DNA of 43,002 nucleotides from a virus (Duplodnaviria; Heunggongvirae; Uroviricota; Caudoviricetes): IMG/VR virus record IMGVR_UViG_2740892012_000013, positions 1 to 43,002 of that record; one strand, 5' to 3'. Shown piece by piece: positions 8,527 to 17,837 of this stretch (position 1 is its first letter; each line of letters starts with the position of its first letter). The notes under the pieces were generated by a model. It saw only the letters and a program-made list of their open reading frames with translations, ran no database searches and was not told where the DNA came from. The position numbers and the translations under genes were made by a program.

Positions 8527-8567
8527 CCTGTTTTTATTTTATACCTGTAACTTACCGGAGATTAAAG

Positions 8568-8894
8568 ATGACAAAACTTGGATTCGTGATGAGAGGTCCG
8601 GTAAGAAGCGGAACTCATGCAAAGCGTAGCAAGAGTCGTATTTTTACTGGTAAGGTTGTAGCACGTAAATCAGCTATTGGCTCGTTCAATAGTGAAAATG
8701 CGGCATTGCGCCATATTTTTATCAGCACAAAGCCAAGAGCATCCGCTGATGTGCATACAATGTCTATTCCTATCACAAAGAATATAAAGCGGATAAAAAA
8801 GCTCTCATCTGCAGAATCAAAAGAGATATCTTTCCGCCAGCTTAACTCATTAGAAACGCATATGAAGGAAGAGGAATTCGATGTTTTTGAGTGA
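8568..8894 (+). CDS. Hypothetical basic protein, upstream partner of YafO-like paralog 2 (candidate antitoxin/regulator)
   Basis: SD GGAG 8 nt upstream of ATG; 108 aa, Lys/Arg-rich; overlaps 8881 start by 14 nt; no family recognised. Confidence 0.45.
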   Translation: MTKLGFVMRGPVRSGTHAKRSKSRIFTGKVVARKSAIGSFNSENAALRHIFISTKPRASADVHTMSIPITKNIKRIKKLSSAESKEISFRQLNSLETHMKEEEFDVFE

Positions 8895-9393
8895 GTATAG
8901 CGGGAAGGTTATACCTACTGGTGAGTTTAAAACTGATGACTTTCTGATTTCGCTAAAAGATGCTTTTAAACAACACTGGCGTCATGGTCATCATCCTGAT
9001 CTGGGAAAAGATACTCTTTTTGAAAGACCAGACGAAGTATTAGGCTTCCATCTCAGAAAGGTTCATGTCAATATTGGTGAATATGCATCATATTCATACT
9101 CATGTACTGAACAGTGTTGGGATGAGTGGTCATATGGATTGATTGATGAACAAGGAAATTACAGGCCAAAACCAACCAGTAACGCATATCTCATATATGC
9201 AGTCAATGAAATAAGAGATGCAGCCTTACTAGCTTATTGGGACCCGCCCGCACACACCAAAGCTAACGCAAAAGTTTGGATGGATTCCGTATTGAATTTC
9301 ACAAAATTATTTCATGAACGAACGAATACAGCTCCACTTAGTAGAAATGTTTATCCGTGGGATTATTCGTACAAATCCAAAAAGCCTGCATAG
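8881..9393 (+). CDS. YafO-family-like toxin candidate (paralog 2)
   Basis: SD GAGGAA upstream; ...FKQHWRHGHHPDLGKDTLFERP...HLRKVHVNIGEY...YLIYAVNEIRDAALLAYWDPPAH; same motifs as 6304-6810 but diverged. Confidence 0.55.
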   Translation: MFLSEYSGKVIPTGEFKTDDFLISLKDAFKQHWRHGHHPDLGKDTLFERPDEVLGFHLRKVHVNIGEYASYSYSCTEQCWDEWSYGLIDEQGNYRPKPTSNAYLIYAVNEIRDAALLAYWDPPAHTKANAKVWMDSVLNFTKLFHERTNTAPLSRNVYPWDYSYKSKKPA

Positions 9394-9474
9394 TAGTTTT
9401 TTATGGACGAAACAAAAGTCAGTGCTACACTCATTGACGCCACATTGAGGTGGTTTATAGATGGAAATTTCACA

Positions 9475-9636
9475 ATGAAAAAAGCATTTGCTGCACTGTT
9501 CGTTTTGTTGTCTCTGGTAGCTTCAACTCAGGCCTTTGCCGGTCGTTGTCAGCACGACAGCGATACTGCCGCTGACGGCTCCCGCTGCGGTGGGCGTTCT
9601 GCGGATTCCCGCCCGGGTGGCGGTGGCATTCGTTAA
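9475..9636 (+). CDS. Small secreted Cys-containing peptide (putative)
   Basis: MKKAFAALFVLLSLVASTQAFA signal-peptide-like start then ~30 aa with 2 Cys and a Gly-rich tail; weak RBS; may instead start at 9403. Confidence 0.3.
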   Translation: MKKAFAALFVLLSLVASTQAFAGRCQHDSDTAADGSRCGGRSADSRPGGGGIR

Positions 9637-9642
9637 AAACAA

Positions 9643-9658
9643 GGCCGCGAAAGCGGCC
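9643..9658. terminator. Second copy of hairpin GGCCGCGAAAGCGGCC between convergent genes
   Basis: Identical to 6287-6302 including flanking AAGG; sits between the stop at 9636 and the stop at 9710. Confidence 0.45.
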
Positions 9659-9709
9659 TGTGACATGTCACGATAGTTCCGTTTTGCACATCCCTGTGCC
9701 GCCGTTCTG

Positions 9710-9943
9710 TCAGAAGAACCCTGCCTTGTCGTTGATGTACTCCGCGTGAGTCTGGATATCACGCAGGCATTTACTCACACCGACGATGTAGCAGAACATG
9801 GTGGTCAGTTCCGCCGCCGCGCCCGATACGTCGTGCCCGTCTTCCTGTAACTGGTTCAGCAGATTCATCAGCAGTGAGTGCTCCGTCAGGCCGAGAACAC
9901 CCGACGGCGAGTGAATCAGGCTGCGGTAGCCGGGCTTCAGCGG
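9710..9943. repeat. Right arm of ~234-bp near-identical inverted repeat (3' end of Ant gene)
   Basis: Reverse complement of 8211-8444. Confidence 0.8.
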
Positions 9944-10648
9944 ATAACCATAACATTTTGTCTGTGTTTTAATTGCCTCACGAAGCGCATCTAACATCTT
10001 GACTGCCACTTCATCATTCTCTGATGCAGATCCAGCAGGGAGATACTCCCCTTCAAGCGGAACCCGAGCAACAAGAGACAACGCTTCGGCGAATTGATCT
10101 TCATCAATTTCTTTGTACGAACAGCCAAAATGAGATTTCAGTGACGACCACATGGTGATCATCGCCTTAGCCTGTTTTTCTTTTGGCAGAGACTGACCGC
10201 GACTCATGACGAGTTGTTTAATGGCTTCCTGCTGTTCAGTGGTGATTTTACCCGGCAACGCCTTTTTAGCTTTGCGTGGGTTAACTACATGGCCTTTAGT
10301 CCAGTAATCGTAGAGCACATCGTCACACTCTTCCTGATACTGGATTACCTTGTCGCGGATTTCAGGGCGTACTTTGTTTGGACTGATGCTGTTCAACCAA
10401 GCTGCCAATTTTCGTAAAGCCATACAAATCATGGCTTGCACCCCACCGGCAGAAGGTATGGTGATTTCCACCATACCCTTCGAGAAGCGTTGAGAAATCT
10501 TCTTATGTTGAGATTTCCAGTCTAGCCCCATTCCCTCAACGATAGGTTTCATTGGGGTATACGGTTCACCGTTGTGATTGACAACATAAAGCTCTGCGCC
10601 GTGGAATGGCACGTTGATAGTAGATACCGCTGTTGCTATACTCGTCAT
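9710..10648 (-). CDS. Antirepressor (AntA/Ant-like N-terminal domain plus shared ORF6C-like C-terminal domain)
   Basis: N-terminus INVPFHGAELYVVNHNGEPYTPMKPIVEGMGLDWKSQHKKI is AntA-like; SD AGGAAT; second gene of an arc-ant style operon; C-terminus shared with 7749-8444. Confidence 0.75.
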   Translation of the reverse strand: MTSIATAVSTINVPFHGAELYVVNHNGEPYTPMKPIVEGMGLDWKSQHKKISQRFSKGMVEITIPSAGGVQAMICMALRKLAAWLNSISPNKVRPEIRDKVIQYQEECDDVLYDYWTKGHVVNPRKAKKALPGKITTEQQEAIKQLVMSRGQSLPKEKQAKAMITMWSSLKSHFGCSYKEIDEDQFAEALSLVARVPLEGEYLPAGSASENDEVAVKMLDALREAIKTQTKCYGYPLKPGYRSLIHSPSGVLGLTEHSLLMNLLNQLQEDGHDVSGAAAELTTMFCYIVGVSKCLRDIQTHAEYINDKAGFF

Positions 10649-10720
10649 GTCGTTAATTCCTATACGTAGTTTTACGATACTGAAGCCCTGACGGTCTGGC
10701 CACCGTTGGGCTTCGCTGTT

Positions 10721-10888
10721 TTATGCCACGCTATTCTTCTCACCAGTGAGTCCATACACTTTCCTCAGCTGATAGATAATCTCTGTATTGAACTTTCGGC
10801 ATTCTTTTTCGCCATTTCTTTCAATAGCTAACTTCACATCGTCCGGAAAACGAACTCGTCGTTGACACATCTCTTTTGCTTTTTGCAT
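10721..10888 (-). CDS. Arc-like ribbon-helix-helix repressor
   Basis: ATG at 10888 with SD AGGGGA; MQKAKEMCQRRVRFPDDVKLAIERNGEKECRKFNTEIIYQL aligns with P22 Arc (FNLRWPREV...NGRSVNSEIYQRV, from memory); directly upstream of ant. Confidence 0.6.
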   Translation of the reverse strand: MQKAKEMCQRRVRFPDDVKLAIERNGEKECRKFNTEIIYQLRKVYGLTGEKNSVA

Positions 10889-10902
10889 TTCATATCCCCT
10901 TA

Positions 10903-10961
10903 GCCCCACGGTGGGGCAAAACAATTGTCACACCGTGCGTCATTGATGTCAAGCACACGGT
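10903..10961. promoter_or_regulatory. Divergent arc / mnt-like control region with palindromes (candidate RHH operators)
   Basis: GCCCCAC-G-GTGGGGC perfect palindrome (10903-10917) plus CACCGTG / CACGGTG elements in the 120-bp gap between divergent RHH genes. Confidence 0.45.
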
Positions 10962-11008
10962 GAGGCATACTTCAATCATTGCAAGTAACTCAATATTTGG
11001 TGAAGAAC

Positions 11009-11440
11009 ATGAGCAGAGAAGATCCACAACTAAGGATCAGACTTCCCGTTGAAGTAAAAGAAAAAATAGAAATTTCTGCAAAAGCCAATAAGCGATCAAT
11101 GAACGCTGAAATAGTACAACGTCTTGACACCAGCTTTCTGAAAGATATTCATGAAGATGACGTAATTTCTGCTTATGAAGCAAAAATTATTGCAAACAAT
11201 GCACGGCATGAAATATCAAATATTATTTTCAAAAGAACCTTTAATGAAATTAATAAGAAAATAACACTTGGACATACAAGTTTTTATATAAACCTTAATG
11301 ACCTTGAACTGGAATCACTTGCAGATAATGATTACCAGATCATCTTTGAAAAAACATTTAATAAGCTCAATGAACTAGGTTACATCATCTGTGAAAACTC
11401 ATGGGATGCAGATGGTTTTGGAATTGAAATACCTGAATAG
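11009..11440 (+). CDS. Mnt-like ribbon-helix-helix protein with ~90-aa C-terminal extension
   Basis: PQLRIRLPVEVKEKIEISAKANKRSMNAEIVQRL aligns closely with P22 Mnt (PHFNFRMPMEVREKLKFRAEANGRSMNSELLQIV, from memory); divergent from arc; AT-rich codon usage. Confidence 0.55.
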   Translation: MSREDPQLRIRLPVEVKEKIEISAKANKRSMNAEIVQRLDTSFLKDIHEDDVISAYEAKIIANNARHEISNIIFKRTFNEINKKITLGHTSFYINLNDLELESLADNDYQIIFEKTFNKLNELGYIICENSWDADGFGIEIPE

Positions 11441-11530
11441 GAAGAACAAAAGGCGTGTACATATTACACGTCTTTAATACAATTGAAAAACGCCACATTA
11501 CTGATGTATGTTACAACAAGGAGCGATATT

Positions 11531-12094
11531 TTGAAAACCATATCTATATTAAAGGTTGCATTAGGCGTCGCTATTATTTTGACTCTCTCAATATTGTTTT
11601 ATTTTTACCACAAAAAAAATGCTATTGCTCTTGATGGTCACGCGGCAAACTCATTTTTCTCAGAGTACATAGTGCCGCTATCAGGAAGCGGTATAACAAA
11701 TAAATATACTGACTATGACATCAAATATGGAATTGATGATGGGGAGACTATTGTATTACATGTAATCATTAAAAACCTAATGACAGTAAATAAAAATACA
11801 GACTTCAACGATAAAAATACAATACATCACAACAACAGCAAAACATTAATTTCTTATAGTAGCAACATCTATACGGATAAATACCTAAAATACATCTCAG
11901 AAGATACAATAAAAGCAACCAGCGAAAAGTTAAAAAACATATATTGTGCATCCGGCAGTTTTCACAAATTATCGCCGCAGGAGCGTTTATTCTACGAAGC
12001 AAGAAAACAACGTAAGTCAATAATATTACATTATTATGCTGATTCAGGGGAGTCACTCATATTTAATATTGGGGTTTCCCCTGAATCATGCTAA
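11531..12094 (+). CDS. Membrane-anchored protein at the SieA position (superinfection-exclusion candidate)
   Basis: TTG start 7 nt after strong SD AAGGAG; N-terminal TM helix (ISILKVALGVAIILTLSILFYFY); very AT-rich, Asn/Lys/Ile/Tyr-rich; sits between mnt-like gene and ejection proteins. Confidence 0.45.
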   Translation: MKTISILKVALGVAIILTLSILFYFYHKKNAIALDGHAANSFFSEYIVPLSGSGITNKYTDYDIKYGIDDGETIVLHVIIKNLMTVNKNTDFNDKNTIHHNNSKTLISYSSNIYTDKYLKYISEDTIKATSEKLKNIYCASGSFHKLSPQERLFYEARKQRKSIILHYYADSGESLIFNIGVSPESC

Positions 12095-12105
12095 AGGCGT
12101 TTAAC

Positions 12106-15100
12106 TCACCGCATCACCGGATCCACCTGGTTTATTAGTGGCGCAATCCAGAACAGGTTATTGCCTGGTATCAGAGTTCGGACATTATGCGCAATACGAT
12201 CACCGGCATCACCATTCAACACTCCTGCGGTCACATCAATGATGCTATCCGCAAGACCAAATGACGGTCCGAATAGAGATCCTACGAATCCACGACTGGC
12301 ATACCTAGACTGTGTGCCAGTGCCAAATAAAGCCCCCAGCCCAACAGCACCACCAGTAGCCTTTTCAGCCATGTTGTTATATTCCATCAATGGCCCAAGA
12401 ATACCGGATCTATCTATACCCTCAAGCACCAGCTTCTCTGGTGACCAGTCAACATTTTTCCCTTTCGATGCTTCTTTTAGCGCATAGACCAGTGAGCCAA
12501 GAGCAATCTGAAATGCAGTGCCATAATAAAATTGCGCAGTTCCTTCCTGTAACCCACCAAGTAGCGCACGGTTGTATGAAGCCGTTGTGAATGATTTAAA
12601 CTGAAATATCGTTCGCCCCATTGGAGTACTCGCCCATAAAGGTGTGTCACCAATACCGGGGGTGATGATAGTGTTATTAACGTCTTTCAGAACCGCTGAC
12701 TGGAATACTCCGGCAACGTACTGATCGTCCCATTTATCAAAGTTACCAATGTGCCATCCATCAATTACCTCACCATGTTTCTCGAACTCACTGCGAATAC
12801 GCGCAGCCATATTGTCGTTGATACCGAGTTTTGCCATGCGACGTGCAGAAAACGCACCGGACAAAATACCGTCTGACGTGAGCATTCCGTTCATGGATTT
12901 GTTTATGTCATTAAATCGATCCATGAGTGTCAGCTTGCCGAAGGCATCAGTAATTCGCTCCATTCCTGCTTCGACTGCTGTTGTCCTGGAAGAACTGTCA
13001 ACAAGATCACCAATTGCACGAGAACGTGAATGTAGTACAGCTTCCAATCCAATCCCCATCTTCAACATATCTTCTTTGCTGGCCTTAAATGCCGGTGATT
13101 GGGATATCTGAGAAGCATAGCCTTTCATGGTGTTACGGAAACCATTAACCATAACCCCTCTGGCCAGATCTGGAATAGCTGATACTGTCATTCCACCGAG
13201 TTTGGTCGTGAAGTTCACATCCCGCAGAAAAGCGCCAGCACGAACAAAAAACGAAGACGGATCATCAGGCATCCCATATGTACCAACAAGACGATCGCGT
13301 AATGCTGTTATGTCTCTGAGATCATTTGCTCTTGATTTTGAAAGTCTGGACTGTTCTTTCCGTAATTCCTTTTCGTACTTTCGCATTAATGAATCGAGTT
13401 TACCCTGAGGAACAACTTCACCATTGCTCTCATAACGTGCTTTCAGATTTGCCACACTTTCGTCATATTTCGCCTTTATTTTTTCAGGCACTTCCCGTAA
13501 CAGACTGTCATATTCGTCCTCAATTAATTGCAGACGCTCAGTCATAGTTCGTTTGCCAAATGTTCTCGTCAACTCAATTTCTGCTGCCGCTTCACGGATA
13601 TGACGTTGCAGCACGTAATTCACATCACTTTCAAGATAATCCCTGATAAGACTATCAGGAACATTTAATGTTCTTTCTTTCGTACTACCTGCGGCTTTTA
13701 CAGAAAATACGCTGACAAAATCCTGTGGAACCTTAGCACCAGTAATTTTATTAATTACGATATCCGCTGCAATTTCAGCATCCTCAGGATCCAGTGTTTT
13801 ATTTCCTCTCGACCACCAGTCAACCAAAATACGTCGAAATTTATCGCGTTCACTGATTATTTTTCCAACTTTATATATGCGTGGGAAATAGCTTGCCTGG
13901 CCTAATGCTTTCAGTTCTTCATCTGGCGGCAATAAACCAAGCTTTTGCATTTCAACTTTCACCCGATTTAATACAGTTCGCATCGCCTGCGCCGTTTCCT
14001 GAACAACAGGATTAGCATGCACATCACCGCTTCGCATAGCATTCCCAACCTGCTGACGAAATGAATCAAAACTCATGTCACCACCATCAGCTTTATACTT
14101 TGCGTATGCCTGTTTATTTCCGACAACAACAGCAGCTTCTTCACGCTGCCATCCACGTGTACGGGTTTCTACAGCTACCGGTGTTTCAATCCCCCTTTCA
14201 TTTCCTTTAAGGGTGAAATTATTTTCGGCTAACTCCAGCGTTGTTTTTCGCACCGTCTTGGACGGAGACTCCATTAACCTTGTCAAAGGAGTAAGATAGC
14301 TCCCTGCTTTCCATGCAGCCTTTCCAACCCACCCACCGGAAACAGGGGTTAAATCATCCAGAGTCGCTGTATCAATTTTCATAGCACCAACACTACCACC
14401 ATCGGAAAGCGAAGCGGCAGCCCTGTCAGTCACTGATGTAATGCTCATATTATCAAGAGCATCAGCAACCTCACGTGTGGCTGCAGCCCGGACGGATGGC
14501 GAAAGCGCAACACCAGCACTGGCAAACACGCCGCTCATCATCGCACCCGCTGCAACGTGAGCGGCACTTTCACCCCATGAGCGTGTTATTTGCTGATTAT
14601 TCAGTACAACCTCGCTTAATGCTGTACCGGCAGCACCAATCGCAATCTGTGAGCCAATACGCGCCAGTGCCCCTCCTTGAGCACCGGGAATAAACATTGA
14701 CGCAACAGTAACCGGATCCATTCCCGCAGCAATACTGGCAAGGGTTCCAACTACGCCAGCATCAGACAATAAACGTCTGTCTTCATTTTCATCATCTATC
14801 TGCTGCTTAATCCACGCCGTTTCCTCTGGCGATCGGGAATCTGCAAATTTCGCCCCCCAGTATTCATAACCGTGCAACTCATTTTTATCAGCATATGGGT
14901 TATAACCCTCGACCGGTTCAAACTGTCTGGCTGGGCGGAAAAAACCAGACAGAATATTGTTCTGTCGCATTGCAGCCCCCCATACGGAAGGCTCAGGTGG
15001 CAATGGCTCAGGATTAGCCCCTTCCGGAAGGGCAACATCAAACCCAGTTTGTTCCGGCAAAACATTACCTGACGGGATCAGTCCGTTATTAAGATCTTCA

Positions 15101-15120
15101 GCTTGTGCATAAACTGGCAT
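12106..15120 (-). CDS. Large internal virion / DNA-ejection protein
   Basis: 1004 aa, last and largest of an internal-protein series downstream of the tail-tube gene; start overlaps upstream stop. Confidence 0.7.
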   Translation of the reverse strand: MPVYAQAEDLNNGLIPSGNVLPEQTGFDVALPEGANPEPLPPEPSVWGAAMRQNNILSGFFRPARQFEPVEGYNPYADKNELHGYEYWGAKFADSRSPEETAWIKQQIDDENEDRRLLSDAGVVGTLASIAAGMDPVTVASMFIPGAQGGALARIGSQIAIGAAGTALSEVVLNNQQITRSWGESAAHVAAGAMMSGVFASAGVALSPSVRAAATREVADALDNMSITSVTDRAAASLSDGGSVGAMKIDTATLDDLTPVSGGWVGKAAWKAGSYLTPLTRLMESPSKTVRKTTLELAENNFTLKGNERGIETPVAVETRTRGWQREEAAVVVGNKQAYAKYKADGGDMSFDSFRQQVGNAMRSGDVHANPVVQETAQAMRTVLNRVKVEMQKLGLLPPDEELKALGQASYFPRIYKVGKIISERDKFRRILVDWWSRGNKTLDPEDAEIAADIVINKITGAKVPQDFVSVFSVKAAGSTKERTLNVPDSLIRDYLESDVNYVLQRHIREAAAEIELTRTFGKRTMTERLQLIEDEYDSLLREVPEKIKAKYDESVANLKARYESNGEVVPQGKLDSLMRKYEKELRKEQSRLSKSRANDLRDITALRDRLVGTYGMPDDPSSFFVRAGAFLRDVNFTTKLGGMTVSAIPDLARGVMVNGFRNTMKGYASQISQSPAFKASKEDMLKMGIGLEAVLHSRSRAIGDLVDSSSRTTAVEAGMERITDAFGKLTLMDRFNDINKSMNGMLTSDGILSGAFSARRMAKLGINDNMAARIRSEFEKHGEVIDGWHIGNFDKWDDQYVAGVFQSAVLKDVNNTIITPGIGDTPLWASTPMGRTIFQFKSFTTASYNRALLGGLQEGTAQFYYGTAFQIALGSLVYALKEASKGKNVDWSPEKLVLEGIDRSGILGPLMEYNNMAEKATGGAVGLGALFGTGTQSRYASRGFVGSLFGPSFGLADSIIDVTAGVLNGDAGDRIAHNVRTLIPGNNLFWIAPLINQVDPVMR

Positions 15121-17837
15121 TATTTAGATCCCCACGAAAAGTAATCTTTAAATTTGTCCATACGTTCGTTATGCAGGCGCTGATACTGCTCATCCAGAGC
15201 GCGATGCTTGTCTTTGAAGTTTCGTATAGCCTGTCCACGCATAATTTCTTCCTGCTCGTACTGCTCCCGTTCCTGCTGCATTTTCTTATAAGGTTCCCAA
15301 TCTTCTAGTGATGGTTCCCAACGCATAGGACGCCCATGTTTGTTATAAAACGGCTGGACCCGATCGATGCCATTTTCATCCTTAGTTCTTACCATAATGG
15401 CGTAATCACCATTACGGGGTGTTAACACGTCAGGGGTTATGAATAATTCTCCATTAATACGACTCTCAGGGGTTTTTGTCTCAACTACAGGAGCATTACC
15501 TGACGTGATCCCAAGCAACGTCGGACTGGTTGTTATAATCTCTTTGCGCTCACCGTACATCAGCCGTTCTTTTTCAGCTTTCCACTGCGCCGCCTGCCAG
15601 CCTGACGGCCCATATTGATAAAGCGCCTCCGGTGCATATTTCATAAACTGCGCTTCTCCGTTAACCTCGCTGATACTCCAAGTGCGGGCTATCTGCTGGT
15701 TGGTCATTTGCTTCGCTACGTCAGCGTTACCACCAGCAACGCGGTAGTTAATGTCATACATCGTCTGATAGTCATTACGGAATCTAGCTGCTTCCGGCGT
15801 CTGGTCATCCGCAGACGGATCCCAACGGAACCACTGCGCCATATTGCTGACAGCAGAATTCATCGCCTTGCTGCGATCATTTTTGTACTCTTTTGAACTC
15901 TGCGTTGATGCCAATTGAGCTTTAAGTGCATCGGTCTGGTTGTACGTAAGGTTCTGCGCCTGCTCGATAGCCGCATCAGCAGACATGCCAGAATCAGTTA
16001 GTTGCTTAACAGTCAGATAAAAACCCTGCATATCCTTCGGCATATTTCCAATAGATGCATTGTCTGTTTCATATAACCGACTAAACACTTCCGCCGCATT
16101 TTTAACCACTTCCTGATTGCTGGATCGGGATACTGCTGAAAGCTGCGTGATGACCTGCGAAGGCATTATGCCAGTCTGAGCCACAAGCCGAACAACCCCA
16201 TCATGAGTGGAGACATCATTAATACGAAAGTTCTGCGCCATTTCTGTGTAATCAGCAGCTTTCTGCATTGACTTGTTGCTTGGGTCTAATTTTTCACCTA
16301 TTGTCAGCGCCTCATTGAATCTGCGTGAATCCCGTTGCGCCTGAATTGCTTCATTTGATCTCTGAAGCAATGCAGACAATTTTCCGTAAGCATCGAGTTT
16401 TAACGCATAGTGAGGATCGTTAACCTCAGGCTTCACTTTCTGCATTTCTTCTTGCTGCTGAGAAGGAGGCAAATACTGAATTGCCTGGAATATTCTCGCG
16501 TTATCAATCGCTATATCCAGTTGATTGATTATTTTATCTGCGTTTTTTCCATACCCCCTGATGATGGTCTCCTGAGCCGGTATATAATCTGGAACCTCAC
16601 CGTTATATAGCTGGGCCATGGTGTTATTAATAGCTGGCTCAAGCTGTTCTAATATTAACTTCCTTTGCTTTTCTATCTGACTATTAGCAAGGTTATCTAT
16701 TTGATAAATAGTCAGTGGATCCATTCCAGTTTTATTTTTTCTATATCGGGAAAGCCACCCTTGTGTTTCTGATGGAAGATTTCGGATAAATTCTTCTTCT
16801 GATATTTCACCTTTACGTGGATCACCGACTTTGGCGATCAGTTTATCCACGTTACCCATCCCCCAGTTATATGCTGCTCCGGTCAATATTTCTGAGCCGT
16901 ACTTACCATACAGTTGATTTACATAGTCACTGGCAAGCATTTCATGCTGTTGTTCGTCCGTAGGGTTGTATTCAACGCCACGTTTGGCCGCCAGTTCTTT
17001 CCCTGTGCCCGGCATTAACTGGTATTTCCCCTGGGCCCTCTCTCCAGAAGATGTTTTCGGTCCTTCAAGAATACTACCATCAGGATTAAAATGACGATCA
17101 CCTGATTCAACAAGGCGTATGGCACGCATGTCCATGCCTCCAGAATCATTTTTCTGAAACTGACCATTTAACCATCCTTCCGGATTAGCAGCGGCATAAT
17201 TCTTCGCCCGCATTTCTGTGGCACTGCGATCATCACTTTCTATTTCTTCCAGAATGCGTTCTTGTGACCATCCCCTGGCTGCTCCATATCTGGCAATGGC
17301 TACCATTCTGGAATTTCTGGCTAAAGTGGCAGTTTGCGGGTCATTCCAGGCATCCGCTTCATTTTGTATCCATAATTTTCTCGTTGCCTGATATTGCTCA
17401 TCTTCATAGGCATTTGTCTGCCCTATCTCATGTCTGAGAACTCCAGTACTGAACTGAATTTTCTGTGTTCTGGCTTGTTGCAAAAACATATTTCTTGCTG
17501 CTTCATCAGTCAATGAAGCAGCTATTTCTTCCACATCCTGATCAAATCCAGATATGTACTCTTGCCCCTTACCAATCGCATTTTTGCCTTGTTGTGCATA
17601 AAAACCGGTTTGAGGGTTATAAAGACGTTCATTGCTGCGCTGATTAAGCTGAAGGATGGCATCCTGAGACAATGCAACATTCGCTTTCTGCCTGGCTTCA
17701 CCATATGCCACCGCATACTGATCTGCGACATTCGCCAGCACCTGACCTGCTTGAGGAACATCGAAGGTTTGAAAACCACCGGTTTGCACACCACGACTTT
17801 GCACCTGGCGTCCGGATGTAGTAGGAACAACAGGCAT
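15120..17837 (-). CDS. Internal virion protein with lytic transglycosylase (SLT) domain
   Basis: 905 aa; SD AGGAGG; internal motifs AIRLVESGDRH ... GKYQLMPGT ... AAYNWGMGNV match family-1 lytic transglycosylase signatures. Confidence 0.8.
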   Translation of the reverse strand: MPVVPTTSGRQVQSRGVQTGGFQTFDVPQAGQVLANVADQYAVAYGEARQKANVALSQDAILQLNQRSNERLYNPQTGFYAQQGKNAIGKGQEYISGFDQDVEEIAASLTDEAARNMFLQQARTQKIQFSTGVLRHEIGQTNAYEDEQYQATRKLWIQNEADAWNDPQTATLARNSRMVAIARYGAARGWSQERILEEIESDDRSATEMRAKNYAAANPEGWLNGQFQKNDSGGMDMRAIRLVESGDRHFNPDGSILEGPKTSSGERAQGKYQLMPGTGKELAAKRGVEYNPTDEQQHEMLASDYVNQLYGKYGSEILTGAAYNWGMGNVDKLIAKVGDPRKGEISEEEFIRNLPSETQGWLSRYRKNKTGMDPLTIYQIDNLANSQIEKQRKLILEQLEPAINNTMAQLYNGEVPDYIPAQETIIRGYGKNADKIINQLDIAIDNARIFQAIQYLPPSQQQEEMQKVKPEVNDPHYALKLDAYGKLSALLQRSNEAIQAQRDSRRFNEALTIGEKLDPSNKSMQKAADYTEMAQNFRINDVSTHDGVVRLVAQTGIMPSQVITQLSAVSRSSNQEVVKNAAEVFSRLYETDNASIGNMPKDMQGFYLTVKQLTDSGMSADAAIEQAQNLTYNQTDALKAQLASTQSSKEYKNDRSKAMNSAVSNMAQWFRWDPSADDQTPEAARFRNDYQTMYDINYRVAGGNADVAKQMTNQQIARTWSISEVNGEAQFMKYAPEALYQYGPSGWQAAQWKAEKERLMYGERKEIITTSPTLLGITSGNAPVVETKTPESRINGELFITPDVLTPRNGDYAIMVRTKDENGIDRVQPFYNKHGRPMRWEPSLEDWEPYKKMQQEREQYEQEEIMRGQAIRNFKDKHRALDEQYQRLHNERMDKFKDYFSWGSK

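Noticed and set aside
7340-10720. Additional LexA boxes upstream of the full-length antirepressor genes
   Set aside because: Scanned by eye for CTGT-N8-ACAG; none found except the single site at 5984-6003.
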